From contig JAMDHS010000005.1 of NCBI GenBank assembly GCA_029717555.1, forward strand, positions 1-64,000: a stretch of 64,000 nt of DNA, read 5' to 3'. Every line of letters begins with the position of its first letter. Within the stretch, counting starts at the first letter, position 1. Under the pieces are notes generated by a model, which saw nothing but the letters and a program-made list of their open reading frames with translations, did no database searches and was not told where the DNA came from. The position numbers were made by a program, and so were the translations under genes. The DNA is from Peribolospora baueri (taxonomy: Eukaryota). Of this stretch, positions 42,995-56,036 are shown piece after piece.

Positions 42995-45900
42995 TCAGTA
43001 TGATTCCGGTAAATGCGGACAGCTGAATGAGGGTGAAAGGGAAGCAGAGAAACATGGGGTTCCTCAGAATGATTTTGTCACATGCGCGGTTTGACTCTTT
43101 GGAAAGGAATAGCTCACTCTTCTGTCGCGTGACCAAGGATCTCGCAGTTGTCCTGCGAGTTGGAGGTCGAGTCGAACGCAAACGTCACATAGATACGACA
43201 CGTTAGCCACGTCTGGGGCCGCCGGGGAGTGCAAACACAGAACAGCGGACTACCGCAAACTTCGAACTCACGCAAAACGCATCCTCGTCCTCTATAGCAC
43301 CACCGAGCTTGACTGATGACGAAATGACGGCCGGAGAGGCAAGCTGTCGAGATGAAGCTGCGTCCGCGCTAGCACGGTCGCCGCGGCGAGAGCTGAAGAG
43401 AACGCAGTCGGTCTGCGAGGGTCATCCGCGAGAACCGGACAGTGTAAGACCGACGGTCGCACGATTTAATCGGATCGATTTGAGATGGAAGCTGCTCGAC
43501 TCACAATCTCGTGACCCGCCGACTCGCACAAGTCGCAGTAAAGCTCCTCCTCGTCATTAGCTCTCTCCTTGTGCTGCTCCTTGGTCGCTCCGGACTTGGA
43601 CGCCCCCTCCCCGGCAACTTTCTGTAAAGAGGTGAGCTCACGTCGTGGTGTTTTTGGCGCTTCCGATGTCGATACCGATACTGATGGAGGTGACGGAGCC
43701 AAGGTCTTGGAGCCTCGGGATTCGCGGGACACTTCTTTCCGGAGTCGGGCAAGCTCTTGCTCCAACTCGTCCTCCTACAGACCAAAAGACCGTGAATGGA
43801 TAGATAGAAAGCGGATGGGAAATGTGTGATTGTCGGCATCGGTTCGGAGGTTCGACCACCAGGCACACGAGACGAACCGAAATAGAAAGAGGGAATGAAT
43901 CACTCACCTTGAAGATTCGCGCTTCAACGAGCGACTCCAGCTCGCTGACCTCCTTATTAAGGGCCCTCACTTCCTTGCGATGCTCCCCCTCAATATCCTC
44001 CAACCTTTCCTTGAGCGACCCGACCTCCAATTGGTGCGAGCGTGTCAGGCGCTCCATTCGTGCTGTCTGCTCTGCCAATTCCTTTTGAAGCCGGATCACC
44101 TCTTTCGACGTCGAGCCTGGGGTTGGAGGGCCGCGCATCTTCAATGGCGTGGCTGGAGTGAGGGTGAGGAGGGTTTTGGCGGTATCACCGGCTGAACGAC
44201 TATGATCGCCGCCGTCGCGACCATTGCCCTCCTCGGCAGCCGCACTCTCCTCGATGTCCGCCACGAGTCGCTCGACGGTGATCTCAAGCGCGCGCATCTT
44301 CTCCTTGAGCGACTCGGTCTCTTGAACGAGGAGCCTATTCTGCGACCCAATACTGATGTTCTCGTCGGTGAGGTTCTGAATGATATACTGCAGTCCGAAG
44401 ATCTTGTCCTGCATGGCCGTGTACTCGTCTCGGCCGTTGAGCGTGCTCGCGTTCGAATGGCGGGACTTCTTCGAGCCGGCGCTGGCCGTTGAGCTTCGTC
44501 GCATAGGGGTCTGCGCGTTCGACTCCGGCGTGAGCTGCAGACTCGTGTGAGAGGGGGCCGACAGCACCGGGCTCCCTGGCTGGTCTTGAGACGGTGCCGA
44601 GACGGTGCCGGTAGCCAAAGAAAGTTTTGTTGCGTTGCCCAAGCGAGCCTTGAGAGAGCGGATTTCCTCGTCTTTAAGTCTGAGCTCCTTGCCATGCCTT
44701 TCGCGAAGCTTGAGCATCTGAGTATCCGGAGTGGCCCCCGAGCGGCGGAGGATCTCGATGTCGTTCACCTTGGCCTCCAAAGCCTTGCGCAGTTCGGCGA
44801 TCACCGCGCTTTGCTCTTGGTCTCGCTTGTCCTGCAATTCGGTATTGTAGAGCTCGAGCTGAGGAAGGGAGGGCGGAGGGGGCGCAAAGAATGGACATGA
44901 GCCGACGAGGCCTTGTCAGGCGCTGAGATATGCATTGCCGATCGCACCCACACCGGCTTCACTCACATCCAGCTTCTCCTTCTCGGCGGCCCTGAGCTCA
45001 TTCCGAAGATCATCGACTTCCTTGAGGGAATGCTCTGTCTGCCTCCTAGCCTCCTCAGCCTGACGACCGGCCTCTCTCTTCCCAGACCTCGCGCCCTCGA
45101 GAAGACCTTTGAGCCTGTCGATCTCCTGCTCCGCCCTCGCGCGCTCCGCCTCGGCCCTCTTGTTAAGCTCTGCAATCCTCTCCTCGTCTCCATTGCCGCC
45201 TCCATAAAGCCCTTCGAGATTCTCCACGTCCGCTCGCAGGCCTTCCACCTCAGCACGCTCGTTCTCGAGCGCAATTTGACTCTCTTGAAGCGCATCCTCC
45301 AGCTCATCCGCCCGCGCCCTCGCCACGGCTTCTGCCTTGAGTACCTTTTCGACGTCCATCTTGAGGCGCTTGATCTCTTTGCGCAAGTTCGACTCCATTT
45401 CTGAATTCTTTTCGCGCCTCCGCTTCGCGTTGACCTCTTCCCGTTCCATTAGCGCCTTTGCGTCCGAGAGAGCGTCTTCGAGTCGAGTCACCTTGGTCTG
45501 CGTGTGAGAAAGCTGCTCCTTCAAGCTCTCATTGTCGATCTCAGCCGCCCTCGAAGCCTGCTTAGCCCTTTCTTCCGGTTGTACGGACGCCTTAGCAGCG
45601 GCGATAGCTCGAGCGGCGGCCTCTTGTACGTGCTTCAGCCGTTCCTCGGCCTCGTACCTTTGCGTCTCAATCTCATTCACCCGAGCCTCATACAGGCCGA
45701 TGGTCTCCTGTCCCGCCTGGCGGAGTAGATTGACCTGGTCGCCTAGTCCGGTTCTTTCCCTTTCCCAGTCGGCCTCGAGACGCTCGATTCGCGACCGGAA
45801 CTCCTCCAGCTCGGCTTCCTTGGCCTGTAGCAAAGCGTCCATGGCGGACGAGGAGGCGGCTGGAACGGCTTCGGAGCTCTTAGACTCCTCCGCGGCGGCC

Positions 45901-46841
45901 TTGAGACTGGACACGAGCGCCTCGGACTCAGCGAGCTTGGCAGAAAGTTCCCGACTATGGGCCTCCGCCTCCTCCTTGGCCTTCTCCAAATTCGCCGCCT
46001 TGTCCTTCTCCAACTCGGTCGCCGCCTTGGCCATCTCGAGCTCAACCGCCTTGGCCTTCTCGAGCACACCCGTGGCTTCTTTCTCGAGCTTGTTCGCACG
46101 TTCCTGGTGCTGCTTCGCCTTGGCCTCCAGTTCGGTCATCTGCAACTGGTGGGCGATCTGCGCTTGCTCGAGCTTGCGCTCCCACTCTTGCTCCTTCTTT
46201 CGCACCGCCTCGGCGACGGCCGCTGCGCTCGCCGCGGATGCGTCCCTGCTCTCGTCTTTCTCGAGAGAAGAAGGAGGTCTGGAAGAAGAAGACCTGGACG
46301 AAGAAGGCCTGGCAACCCCGCCGGCAAACTCCGGCGTCTCCCGCCCAGCCGCCGGTCGCCGATACTTGGCGGGGTCATTCGCCTTGATCGCCTCGGCCAA
46401 ACTCTCCGCCTCAAGTTTCTTCGCCCCGGAAGGCGGGCCCATGGTAGAGAGACTGGCGCCGAAGCCGAAGCTCTGCCGTCCGCTCGTGGGAGCGCCGGTT
46501 GACTTGCGTCGATTGGATGTGGGGAGGGAAGAGCGGGGCGGAGCGTCGCCCGTCGGAGTTGGCGTACGCGGAGCATTTCGGCCGGGAGTAGGGAGGAATG
46601 AGCGTTGAGATGGGCCCGAAGAGGTCGGCGTCCGGGGCGGAGGTGGAGTCACGGGGGTGGCGCCTTCCTTTTCGACCCTCGAGGAAGGGCGAGGGAGGGC
46701 AGAGAGGTTCGCGCCTAGGCTCTGTCGCCCGGCGTTGGGGGCGCCGGCGGACTTGCGACGACTGGATGGAGTGGGGATGGATGAGCGCTGAGCGCCGCCC
46801 GAAGGGGTGGGAGTTCGGGGAGGAGGAGGAGGGTTTGCCAT
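42995..46841 (-). CDS. CLIP-170/Bik1/Tip1-like coiled-coil protein with two C-terminal zinc knuckles but no CAP-Gly domain; multi-exon
   Basis: Long coiled coil containing LRQAGQETIGLYE and ELESLVEARIF; spliced C-terminus YCDLCESAGHEITDC...FCDNCEILGHATEDCPHLPESY* gives two CCHC knuckles and a terminal aromatic ESY. Confidence 0.82.
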
Positions 46842-47332
46842 GCACGTGTGAAGAGGGAGTGGCGTGGAGGTGTTGGTGGTGATGGGGGTGCGGTAGGTGT
46901 ATACCTACGGAGAGGAGGTGGGAGTTGAGTGTATGCGTTGCTGTGCGTAAGACGTCCACGCGATGTTGTTGGGCAGCACCGACGCAGGCCGTCATCGGAT
47001 TAGGCGCGTTCTAGTCATTTTCGACGGGCTTTAGTAGAGGATTCTATTCTGGCCGTTGCTTTTCCGATCGGACGCGTGGCGCGTCTTTTCCTGCTCCCGG
47101 CCCATGATCGATGATGGTGACTGGCTGGATGATGGGAGGGAGCGAGGGACGGACATCGCTTCGTTCCATCGAAAGCCGACCTGCAGTCTCTCACTGTATC
47201 ACATGGCACCCACACGTTTACCCGATCGAAATTTTGTTCGCAGACAGTAGAGAAAATGCATATGATACTAGCATCGAGGCCACTCCGTACGACGCCCACC
47301 CCGCGCGAACACAACGCGTCTCCGAGAGCCCT

Positions 47333-49310
47333 TCATGCTGCAGCCGTCACCTGCGGCTCATCCTGCTTCGCTCCTTCCTCTGCCACAGGCTGCGGCTCCT
47401 CCAGTGCAGGAGCCGAAGCCTGGTCCTTATCCTGCTCCGCGGAGACGGCCGCCGGCGGCTGCTCTTTGTCCTGCTCAGGCTTATCCATGTCCATCTTCGT
47501 CCCCTCGGCCGCAGACTCGGCCTTCTCCGGCGACGCAGAAGCGGCACCGCCGCCATTGACATGCTCCTTGTCCTGCTCTGGCTTGTCCTGATCCGTGCCG
47601 CCGTCCACGATCTTCTGCCACTTCTCCGAAAGAGCGTGGGCGCGCTCGGTGAAGTGGTACTCGTCGTCTTTGGGAATTGCCTTGCCGCTTTGCTTCAGAT
47701 GCGCGATCCGCTTCATCACCTTGCCGATCTTGGTGTCCTGAATCGCGAAGGCACAGCGCCTCCGTCAGCCAGGCCGCTTGCTTCGCACCTGCACCTAGGT
47801 GTACACCAATCGCTAGGCTGAACTCACCCTCAGGAGCTGGAAGGTCATGCCGCTGTAGTTCTCGGCCGCCTTCAGGTACTCATCGTACACCGTCATTTCC
47901 TGCATCGACCACAGCAAATTAAATTCTTGTCGCCTTCGGACGGTCTCCATAGCAAAATCGCTAACAATGATACTCACCCATTCCTTGATGGTCTCGCCGA
48001 GGAAAGCCCGCTGCAGCTTGTGCCTCCAGTCGTACACCTTGTCCGTCTCGCTGTCCCCTACGACCTCATCCGACTTCTTCTTTCCAGCCTTCTTCGGCGC
48101 CTGCATAAAGGAGATCGACGAAATGCAGAGAGTGAGACGGCTGATTTTGAGTCCTTGCCTTGTCGACGCAGACTCACCTTTCTCTTTTTCGTATCGTCCT
48201 CCGTCTCGCCTTCTGACTCAACATTTTCGTCCGCTTTGACCTTCCTTCCGCCCTTCTTGGGAGTAGCCTAGATATGCAAACGGGGAAACAATGGATGCGA
48301 TGAGAGGTGAGATACGTCAATGACTCTCGACTTCCGACCATTGCGTCCAGGTGTCCTCACCTTTTTCTTATTCTCCACCTTGGCTTTCTTCCTCTTCTGA
48401 TCCGCGCTCTCTCGGATCTTTCCTGTGGACCGCTTCCTCTTCTTTCCGCTACCTTCATCCTCGTCCTCGCTCTCCTCCAGCTGATCCTCGTCCTCGTCCT
48501 CTTCGACCTCCTTCGCTAGCCTGGCGCTCTCCTGGACGATCTGATTCTGCTTCTCGTTCCACTCCGTTGGGTCCAGGGCGATCTTGTATCCTTCATACAG
48601 TTCACCCCTTTTCTTGTGAGGGTCATCGACAAAAGACTGGATTTCCAGCTTCTGAAGAAGGCTAAGTTCCTTCGGGGATGCCCACCAGCTAACACCAGTG
48701 GGTAATGACACGTAGCACAAAAAGGAGAGAGGAATTTGTCAGCGACTTTTGCAACGAAAAGAAGTGGAATGTGCGGCTCGACTCACTACTCGGCCGTGGG
48801 CATGAATCGGGCAGGGTAGGCGAGCCTCTTGGGGGGCTTCTCAGTCATCACTGCAGCGGGCAGGTTCGCCTCCTCGACAATCTGCAGGTCGTTGGCAGTG
48901 ATACAGAGAAGGAACCAGAGCAATGAAGACGCTCAGGAAGGTCGTCCTCATCAACAACGGCGGTGGACACGAAGCTCGGTAGTCAGAAAGAGGGTGGGTG
49001 CATTTACTCACGATCGCCGGCCACGCCGGGAAGCCCTTGACTGGAGAGCGGCGAGGATGACGACAGCGTACTTCAGCAAAAGCACCGTCGACGAGAGTGA
49101 AGCCGGCCTGGAAATTGTGATCAAGAGGAAGAACAGACGCGCTTTTCGCGCTCATGCGACCATCGAAACGCGCCGGCTTCTTCATGGGACTTGCTCCGAT
49201 CGCGCCAGAAGGCTCGTCCTCAACTCACCCTTGCAAAGGACGACGTCGCCAATCTTATAGCGAGCATGCTCATCGCCCTCGCCCTTTTCAAGCTTCTTCG
49301 AAGCGGACAT
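47333..49310 (-). CDS. PWWP-domain chromatin protein with a C-terminal TFIIS-N/IBD-like helical domain; multi-exon
   Basis: YKIGDVVLCKVKGFPAWPAI (PWWP variant), YPARF, an acidic/basic linker with KKRKR, then WRHKLQRAFL and LLRDTKIGKVMKRIA...RAHALSEKW. Confidence 0.85.
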
Positions 49311-49613
49311 GCTGTCTGAAGTGAACTTGGAGAGGCGCGGCGACACGACACGGAAAGGGGATGGTGAATGAAGTGCAGACACGGACGGGCGATCGCTGCC
49401 GTGCGCGGTGGGGACGGAACAGTTGGCCCAGTCGCGTCGGAAAGCGTGGGAGTTTCGGCCCGTCTTCCACCACCGCGCGCCACCGATCGACCGCGCCACG
49501 GAACTAATCGGAAATAGGAGGAGAAGAGGCACGAGGTTGATAAGATGATTGGGGTCCTCCACGATCATTCCAAGGTCCAAGCAAAGTTTCTTGCCTTGGG
49601 CGACCTGACCGAC

Positions 49614-52600
49614 ATGGCCGATACCCCGCCGCCTATCGAGGATGAGGTACCCGCCCTCCTCCAGGTAGTCAGAGCGTCTTTTGATCCGTCTCTGGATAAA
49701 TCCGAGCGGGAAGGGCTCAGAACCGAGCTCTTAAGCCGACTCAATCTCTCCGGGCCACCAACGGAAGAGCAGGTGCAATGGGACTTGGAGGAGAGGTTCT
49801 TGACACCGAAGAGGACTCTGCCAGAGCATTGGCTGAGCAGATATCAAGTGTGAGTGGTAGTAGGCCTGATCCTCTAACCTGTCCATATGTGCAGACCGCC
49901 ACCGGCCCTACCACATTGCCAACTGTTCTCTCGCTCTCGGGCTTTAACCTCTTTGAGCTCAAACAAACCACAAACTTCTGTCTGGTTGTCCTGTCCACAG
50001 GCATTGGGATCGTGAACCAGATTTTCAATCTTTGCTTTTTTGCCAACCTTCTACCTCGAACACGACTTTAGAGTTTATCCGTGCCGGTCTGGAAGGGAGG
50101 GTCGTGGGATACAAGGAAGTGAGACGCTCGTATCTCCGTCTCTGGAGACATGCGGCAAACTACTGGTTCCTCGCAAAAACTACTTCTAGATGTGCTAAAT
50201 GGCCTCTACTTTTTTGTGCAGGTCACACGGCCATCAGTTTCGCCTCTAACGGCCAAGAACTCCACTTCCCTCACCAGAGAGCCAGCGTCACTCTCCTCCT
50301 TCGTCCGCGGCAAGTCCGGCTATTATCCATTCGCACCAGGAGGTCTTGAGGATGAAGTGTTAAAGGGAAACGAAGACGATGCAATTCGAGCCTCCCTTGA
50401 AGGAGATGGCAGTGGAGCGCCCGGTCAGAGTGCGGAAGATATGATGGGCGGGATGGAGGAAATGCTTGGTTCCACCAAGGGTCAGGACTCTTTCGGAACC
50501 ATCGCCTTTTCCCTTGCGACGATCAGGGTTTGTCTCTCGCTCATATGCCTCTGATTGTCTTCAGGCGGGCTTCGGTCAGTTCCTCCAGGTTTTTCGCGAG
50601 GACTCATATTTGAGGACGAAGGTAAGCTTGCTGTGCACCTTACTTGGAGCCCTGAAGGCGTACAGCAAAGCTAAACCCGATGGCCTTCCCCTATTTGGTA
50701 GGCGAAGATGTCAGTCGCGAGCTTTTTGTCGAGCAGGATGATACATCAGCCAAGGTCAGGCCATTGCATCAACCCATCTACGAGTCGATCGACTCCGCAA
50801 GGCAACTGGCGGTAAGTCAAGATGCCAGCGTAAAGCAGGAGAAAAACAAGCTTTGACACGAGAAGCGGCAACCACGTCTTACTTCTCCAGACCACCGCGA
50901 ACGGGGACGCTAGGCCTCTTGATACCGAAATCGACGAGCTGCTACCCTTGGAGGTAGGCTCAGCTCCCTTTAACCTTATTATTCGTCAAACCGCAGATTT
51001 GGGCTTGTCATCTGAAAGGGTATTCTTCTCATCACATGAACAGCGACCTCGAGTCGTGGCATCGACGTCCATGGCCTCCCGAAAACCGAAGACAGCAAAG
51101 CGAGATTGGGCTCACGTCGTCAACGTCAACAAGCAACTTACCAACTTCCACGACCTCGTTCCAGACATGGCGCGAAAGGTACCAGAGTTGTCCAGCATCC
51201 TCCTGTTCTCATGTGAACGTTCAACTGATCATTGACCCTTCGATCATTTTTGCAGTATCCCTTTGAGCTGGACAATTATCAGAAAGAGGCGGTCTATCAT
51301 CTAGAGCAGGGCGATTCGGTCTTTGTTGCTGCACATACGAGCGCAGGAAAAACAGTGGTAGCCGAGTACGCGATCGCTCTGGCTCAGAAACACATGACTC
51401 GGTACGTTTTTGTGCGTCCCGAGAATACGTCTCGCTGCCACATAAAACTCAGGCTATTGCAATCGTCACTCCCGTTCCACGCGCAGAGCAATCTACACTT
51501 CCCCGATCAAAGCTCTCTCCAACCAAAAGTTTCGCGACTTCAAGCAAAACTTCGGCGCTTCCAACGTTGGCATTTTGACGGGAGACGTACAGATCAACCC
51601 GGAGGCACCATGCCTGATCATGACGACTGAGATCTTGCGGTCGATGCTATATAAAGGTGCAGATATCATCAAGGATGTCGAGTTCGTCATTTTTGACGAG
51701 GTTCACTATGTCAATGACCTTGAGGTGAGAAGATGTGTCTCGTATGACATGCTATCAAGGGGGTTGTCTACTTATACTGCTTTGTACTTCCCATAGCGTG
51801 GCGTTGTGTGGGAGGAAGTCATCATCATGCTACCCCAGCACTGCAGCATTATCATGCTCTCTGCGACTGTGCCCAACACGAAGGAGTTCGCAGAATGGGT
51901 CGGGTGAGTGGCTAACGGAGCTCCCCTCAGAATTTGCAGGGCAGTGTATCCTCAAGGTCAATGTTGAATTTTTGCAGGCGGACCAAGAAGAGGGATATGT
52001 ACGTCATCAGTACGCCAAAACGGCCTGTCCCGCTCGAGCACTTCCTCTACGCAGGGAAAGAGTTGCACAAGATCGTGGATGCCAAGGGCCAGTTCTTAGG
52101 AGCGGGGTCAGTCGACGTTCCGCTTTCTGTCCATTCCGTTGGCATTATTGTCTGACATTCGCAGACGGTGTTCCTTGGTCACAGAATGAAAGATGCCGCT
52201 GAGGCTCTCCGCCGTAAGCAGGACAAAGAGCGTGAGGCCGCCGGTCTTCCTCCGATCTCCAAAACAGGGCCGGGAGGCCGGGGAGGCCCCGCTCGCGGGG
52301 TACGAGGCGGCGGGCCTAACTCAAGGGGAGGACGTGGGGCGATGGTTCCGCGCGGTGGACTAAGCACGTTCGGCCGTGGCCGAGGCGGGTACAATACGAT
52401 GAACCATGGGCAAGGAGAGAAGAATCTCTGGATCCACCTTGTCGGCATGCTTCGCAAAAAGAGTCTTCTCCCAGTCGTTGTCTTCACCTTTTCTAAAAAG
52501 CGTTGCGAGGAGAACGCTGGGAGCATGCCCAACATGGATTTGTGCACCGCTGCCGAGAAGAGCCAAGTGCATATCATTATCGAGAAGAGTTTTACTCGGC

Positions 52601-55359
52601 TCAAAGGTCAGTGGTCTGGCTGGCGGATGAAGAGGCATATTGTTCCATACTCTAACTGATATGTTTTCCGCCGTGCCAGGCTCGGATCGGCGACTGCCTC
52701 AAATTGCTCGGATGCGAGACCTTCTCAGTCGCGGCATTGGTGTACACCATGGCGGTCTCCTTCCCATCGTCAAGGAGATCGTAGAAATGCTGTTCGCCCG
52801 AGGGCTAGTCAAAGTGCTTTTTGCCACTGAGACATTTGCAATGGTGTGTGCTTCTGTTTGCACTGAAGGTTGCGCCGGCGAGTGCTGAAAACTCTGGGAT
52901 GATTGGACAGGGAGTCAATATGCCGGCCAGATCCGTCGTATTTTCCAGCATCCGGAAGCATGATGGGAGGACGTTCCGAGACCTTCTTCCTGGTGAGCTC
53001 ATTTGTGCGTTAATCGTCGCCCGACCTGCTACTGAGGTTATATGTGCGATCACAGGGGAGTACACGCAGATGTCCGGCCGGGCAGGCCGAAGAGGTCTTG
53101 ATGCGACCGGCGTTGTAATCATCAATGCATCCGACGACGTGCCTGATGTAAGCGAACTCTGGCGCGGATTAGTCGTCTTAATGGCAATTTGCCTGACTGA
53201 CGGTTCTCACGTTTCCCACATAGACGGCAGCACTGCACAAGATGCTCCTCGGGCCCCCGAGCAAGCTCCAGTCTCAATTTCGTCTCACATACAACATGAT
53301 CCTCAACTTGCTCCGAGTAGAAGCTCTTAAGGTGGAGGAGATGATCAAGCGGAGTTTCTCCGAGAACGCCTCTCAGCGCCTTTTGCCGGACCAGCAGATG
53401 AAGGTGGCGGAAGTAAGTGCGCGAATAGTTTGCTCTCTGAGGCAAGTCGAATTGACGACTTCCACTTCTTCTCTCCGATGTAGGCGGAAAAGTCGCTCGG
53501 GGCGCTCCCGCGTCTTCAGTGCCAAATTTGCGAGGTGGACGTTGGCGACTTTTACGACGCTTCGCTCGAGGCCACAGAAGCGAATTTGTTCGTTCTGGAG
53601 ACAGCCCTAGCTCATTCGCAGGGAGGAAAGCTGTTTGGGCAAGGTCGAGTGGTGATCTTAAGAGACAATGTAAGTGTTTACGCGACTCATTTGCGTATCT
53701 GGCACCTATTGAGTTCTTAATTTCCTCATTCCCAGCACTTCCACAACGTACCGGCGATCCTCGTTAAGCCCGTGGGAATGAGAGGTTTCTTGGTTTTGGG
53801 TGCTGTGCCCTGCGATGTGAAAAGGAAGGGTAAGGAGAAAGGTACGTACGATTATGTCCTCATGCGTCCTCGACAACGTCCTGATAAGACTTGCGTCTCT
53901 TAGATGTCTCACCTGAGGCCGTACCTCCAAGGTTCCCGCCTTCTCTTCGAGGCTACCCGCTAGATGACCTCACATACGATCTTACGGAGGTGCCAATTTC
54001 GAGCATCGCTTTGGTCACCAAGTTTATTCGCAAGGTGTGCATTCATGAGCGTTCGTAGAGTCTGTAAAGAACGTTGACTGATGGACGCATTCGCGGTCGC
54101 AGATCAACTCCGAACGCATAGATGCCCACCATATCCCATCCATGCAAGGCGCTGTCGATGAACTAGTGCCGCTGCTGAGCAAGCTCGTCGAAGTAGATAC
54201 CGTGCCTGAGGTCGATTGGTCCAAGATCCGAGCGCTCGAGTTCCAGGAGGGATTGCAAAATCGAGCGAGCTATGTCAGACAGCTTCAGAATCGCTCATGC
54301 GTCCTGTGTGCTGATTTCGAGAGACATGTGAGTCTCCTTTTTGTTTCTTCGACGGCTAAGCGATTAGCTTATTCCATCCTTATACCTTTGCACCCAAACA
54401 GTATGAGACTCTGCACGCACAGAAGCTACTACAAGCCCATCTTTCCTCCCTGCGTCTGGCTATATCAGACCAGAATCTGGAGCTTCTTCCAGACTACGAA
54501 CAGCGAGTGGAGGTGCTCAAAGCGCTCCAGTTCATCGATCCAGATAACTCGACCGTGCTCCTTAAGGGCCGCGTCGCTTGCGAAATCAACTCAGCAGACG
54601 AGCTCATTCTTACCGAACTCATCCTCGAGAACACATTGGCGCATTACGAGCCTGAGGAGGTGGTTGCTTTGCTCAGCGTGTTCGTGTTCCGCGAGAAGAC
54701 GAGTGTGACGCCTGTCTTGTCGCCGAAGTTGACGGAGGTGAGTTATCGATTTATTTTTGAGTATTTTTGGCTCTGGTAAGTTCTCAATCGTGACTGACGC
54801 CGCGAGTCCTTTAACATCGGGTGGCCGATAGGGCTACGAAACGATCCTCAGCATCGCTGACCGCGTTGCGAGGGCTCAGGCAGCTAATCAAGTCAACTTT
54901 GAGGACTACACAATGACACTCAAGACCGGTCTGGTCGAAGTGGTATACGAATGGGCTAGAGGCACGGTGAGCGGTGGTTATCTCTTTGACCGCATCTCTG
55001 GGGATATCACTTAACCTATGCTCCACCTGCCTTGACGTGTTCTTTACTGTACAGCCGTTTGAACAAATCACAGACCTGACGGACGTAGCGGAGGGGACGA
55101 TCGTGCGAGTGATCACCCGTCTAGACGAGACATGCCGAGAGGTGCGCGATGCGGCCCGTATCATAGGAGACGCTGATCTATTCAAGAAGATGGAGGAGGC
55201 CCAGAATTTGATTAGGAGGGATATCGGTGAGAGGACCTGTTCCTTCTTCAGTGTCAGCGCATCTCTTACTGACCAGGTCGTTACTCCGCCGTCACGTATG
55301 CGCCCACTCTGGCACCAATCTCCCCCTTTCCAGTGTTCGCCGCTTCCTTGTACTTCTAA
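49614..55359 (+). CDS. SKI2: Ski2 DExH-box RNA helicase (cytoplasmic exosome cofactor); multi-exon
   Basis: [135 protein letters not shown]. Confidence 0.97.
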
Positions 55360-55744
55360 AAGAGTCACTTTTTGTCTCTGTGACCTACAAGAAGCCTCGT
55401 TCAGTCGAAATGAAGCGTGTCGTGCAGAGAGCTTGTGAGACAATGCGGCTATCCAGCCGCGGCAACCCATCTGCGAGATTCTAAATAAGATAAGTTCGTC
55501 GTTTGATCCCGACCGCCTGCTTTCCTTTTTTGGTAGGGGTTAGTGGCACCCCTCTCTCACGGCGTGGCGGCCGTCGAGCGAACTCCTTCGAAGATGGCAA
55601 TTGGTCATGGTGACTTCCGCACGAGGTGTCTCTATGGGCGGTCCAGTTGGACTGTTATTAAACAAATCGAGCACACCCGCGTGTGTTCTGTCTGGGTGTT
55701 GTTGACACTGTGGTATCGAACCTCTTACCATGTCGGCAGCTTAT

Positions 55745-56036
55745 CAGTCGCCGTCGCTACCGGACGAGAGGCGCAAGGCGGGCAAGGAAAAAGACTGAGC
55801 CAGGGAAGGCAAGGGCAAGGGCAAGGCGAAGGCGACGCCTTCTGATGAGAAACACGCAGAGGAGGTGAGATCTACAAGGCACCCTCGCGTGGATGGAGCT
55901 TGGCGCCAACAGACAGGCCGTTTTCAATTTGCTCTTCGTCTCCGCCACAGGATGCGGCATCAGACGCATCTTCAATTGTCTACGACGACCCTGAGCCAAA
56001 GCGGAAACGACGCAAGAAGGACGAGTCGGTGAAGGA
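55745..56036 (+). pseudogene. Intron-containing gene fragment with an in-frame stop, fused to the Helitron relic
   Basis: SPSLPDERRKAGKEKD*AREGKGKGKAKATPSDEKHAEE [GT-AG intron 55865-55950] DAASDASSIVYDDPEPKRKRRKKDES; in-frame TGA at 55796-55798. Confidence 0.4.

Noticed and set aside
45532..46608. Long antisense ORFs (this 358-aa one, also 964-1650, 14598-15299, 28228-28893 and 55972-56982)
   Set aside because: They are shadow frames expected opposite GC-rich coding exons and show no independent protein features.
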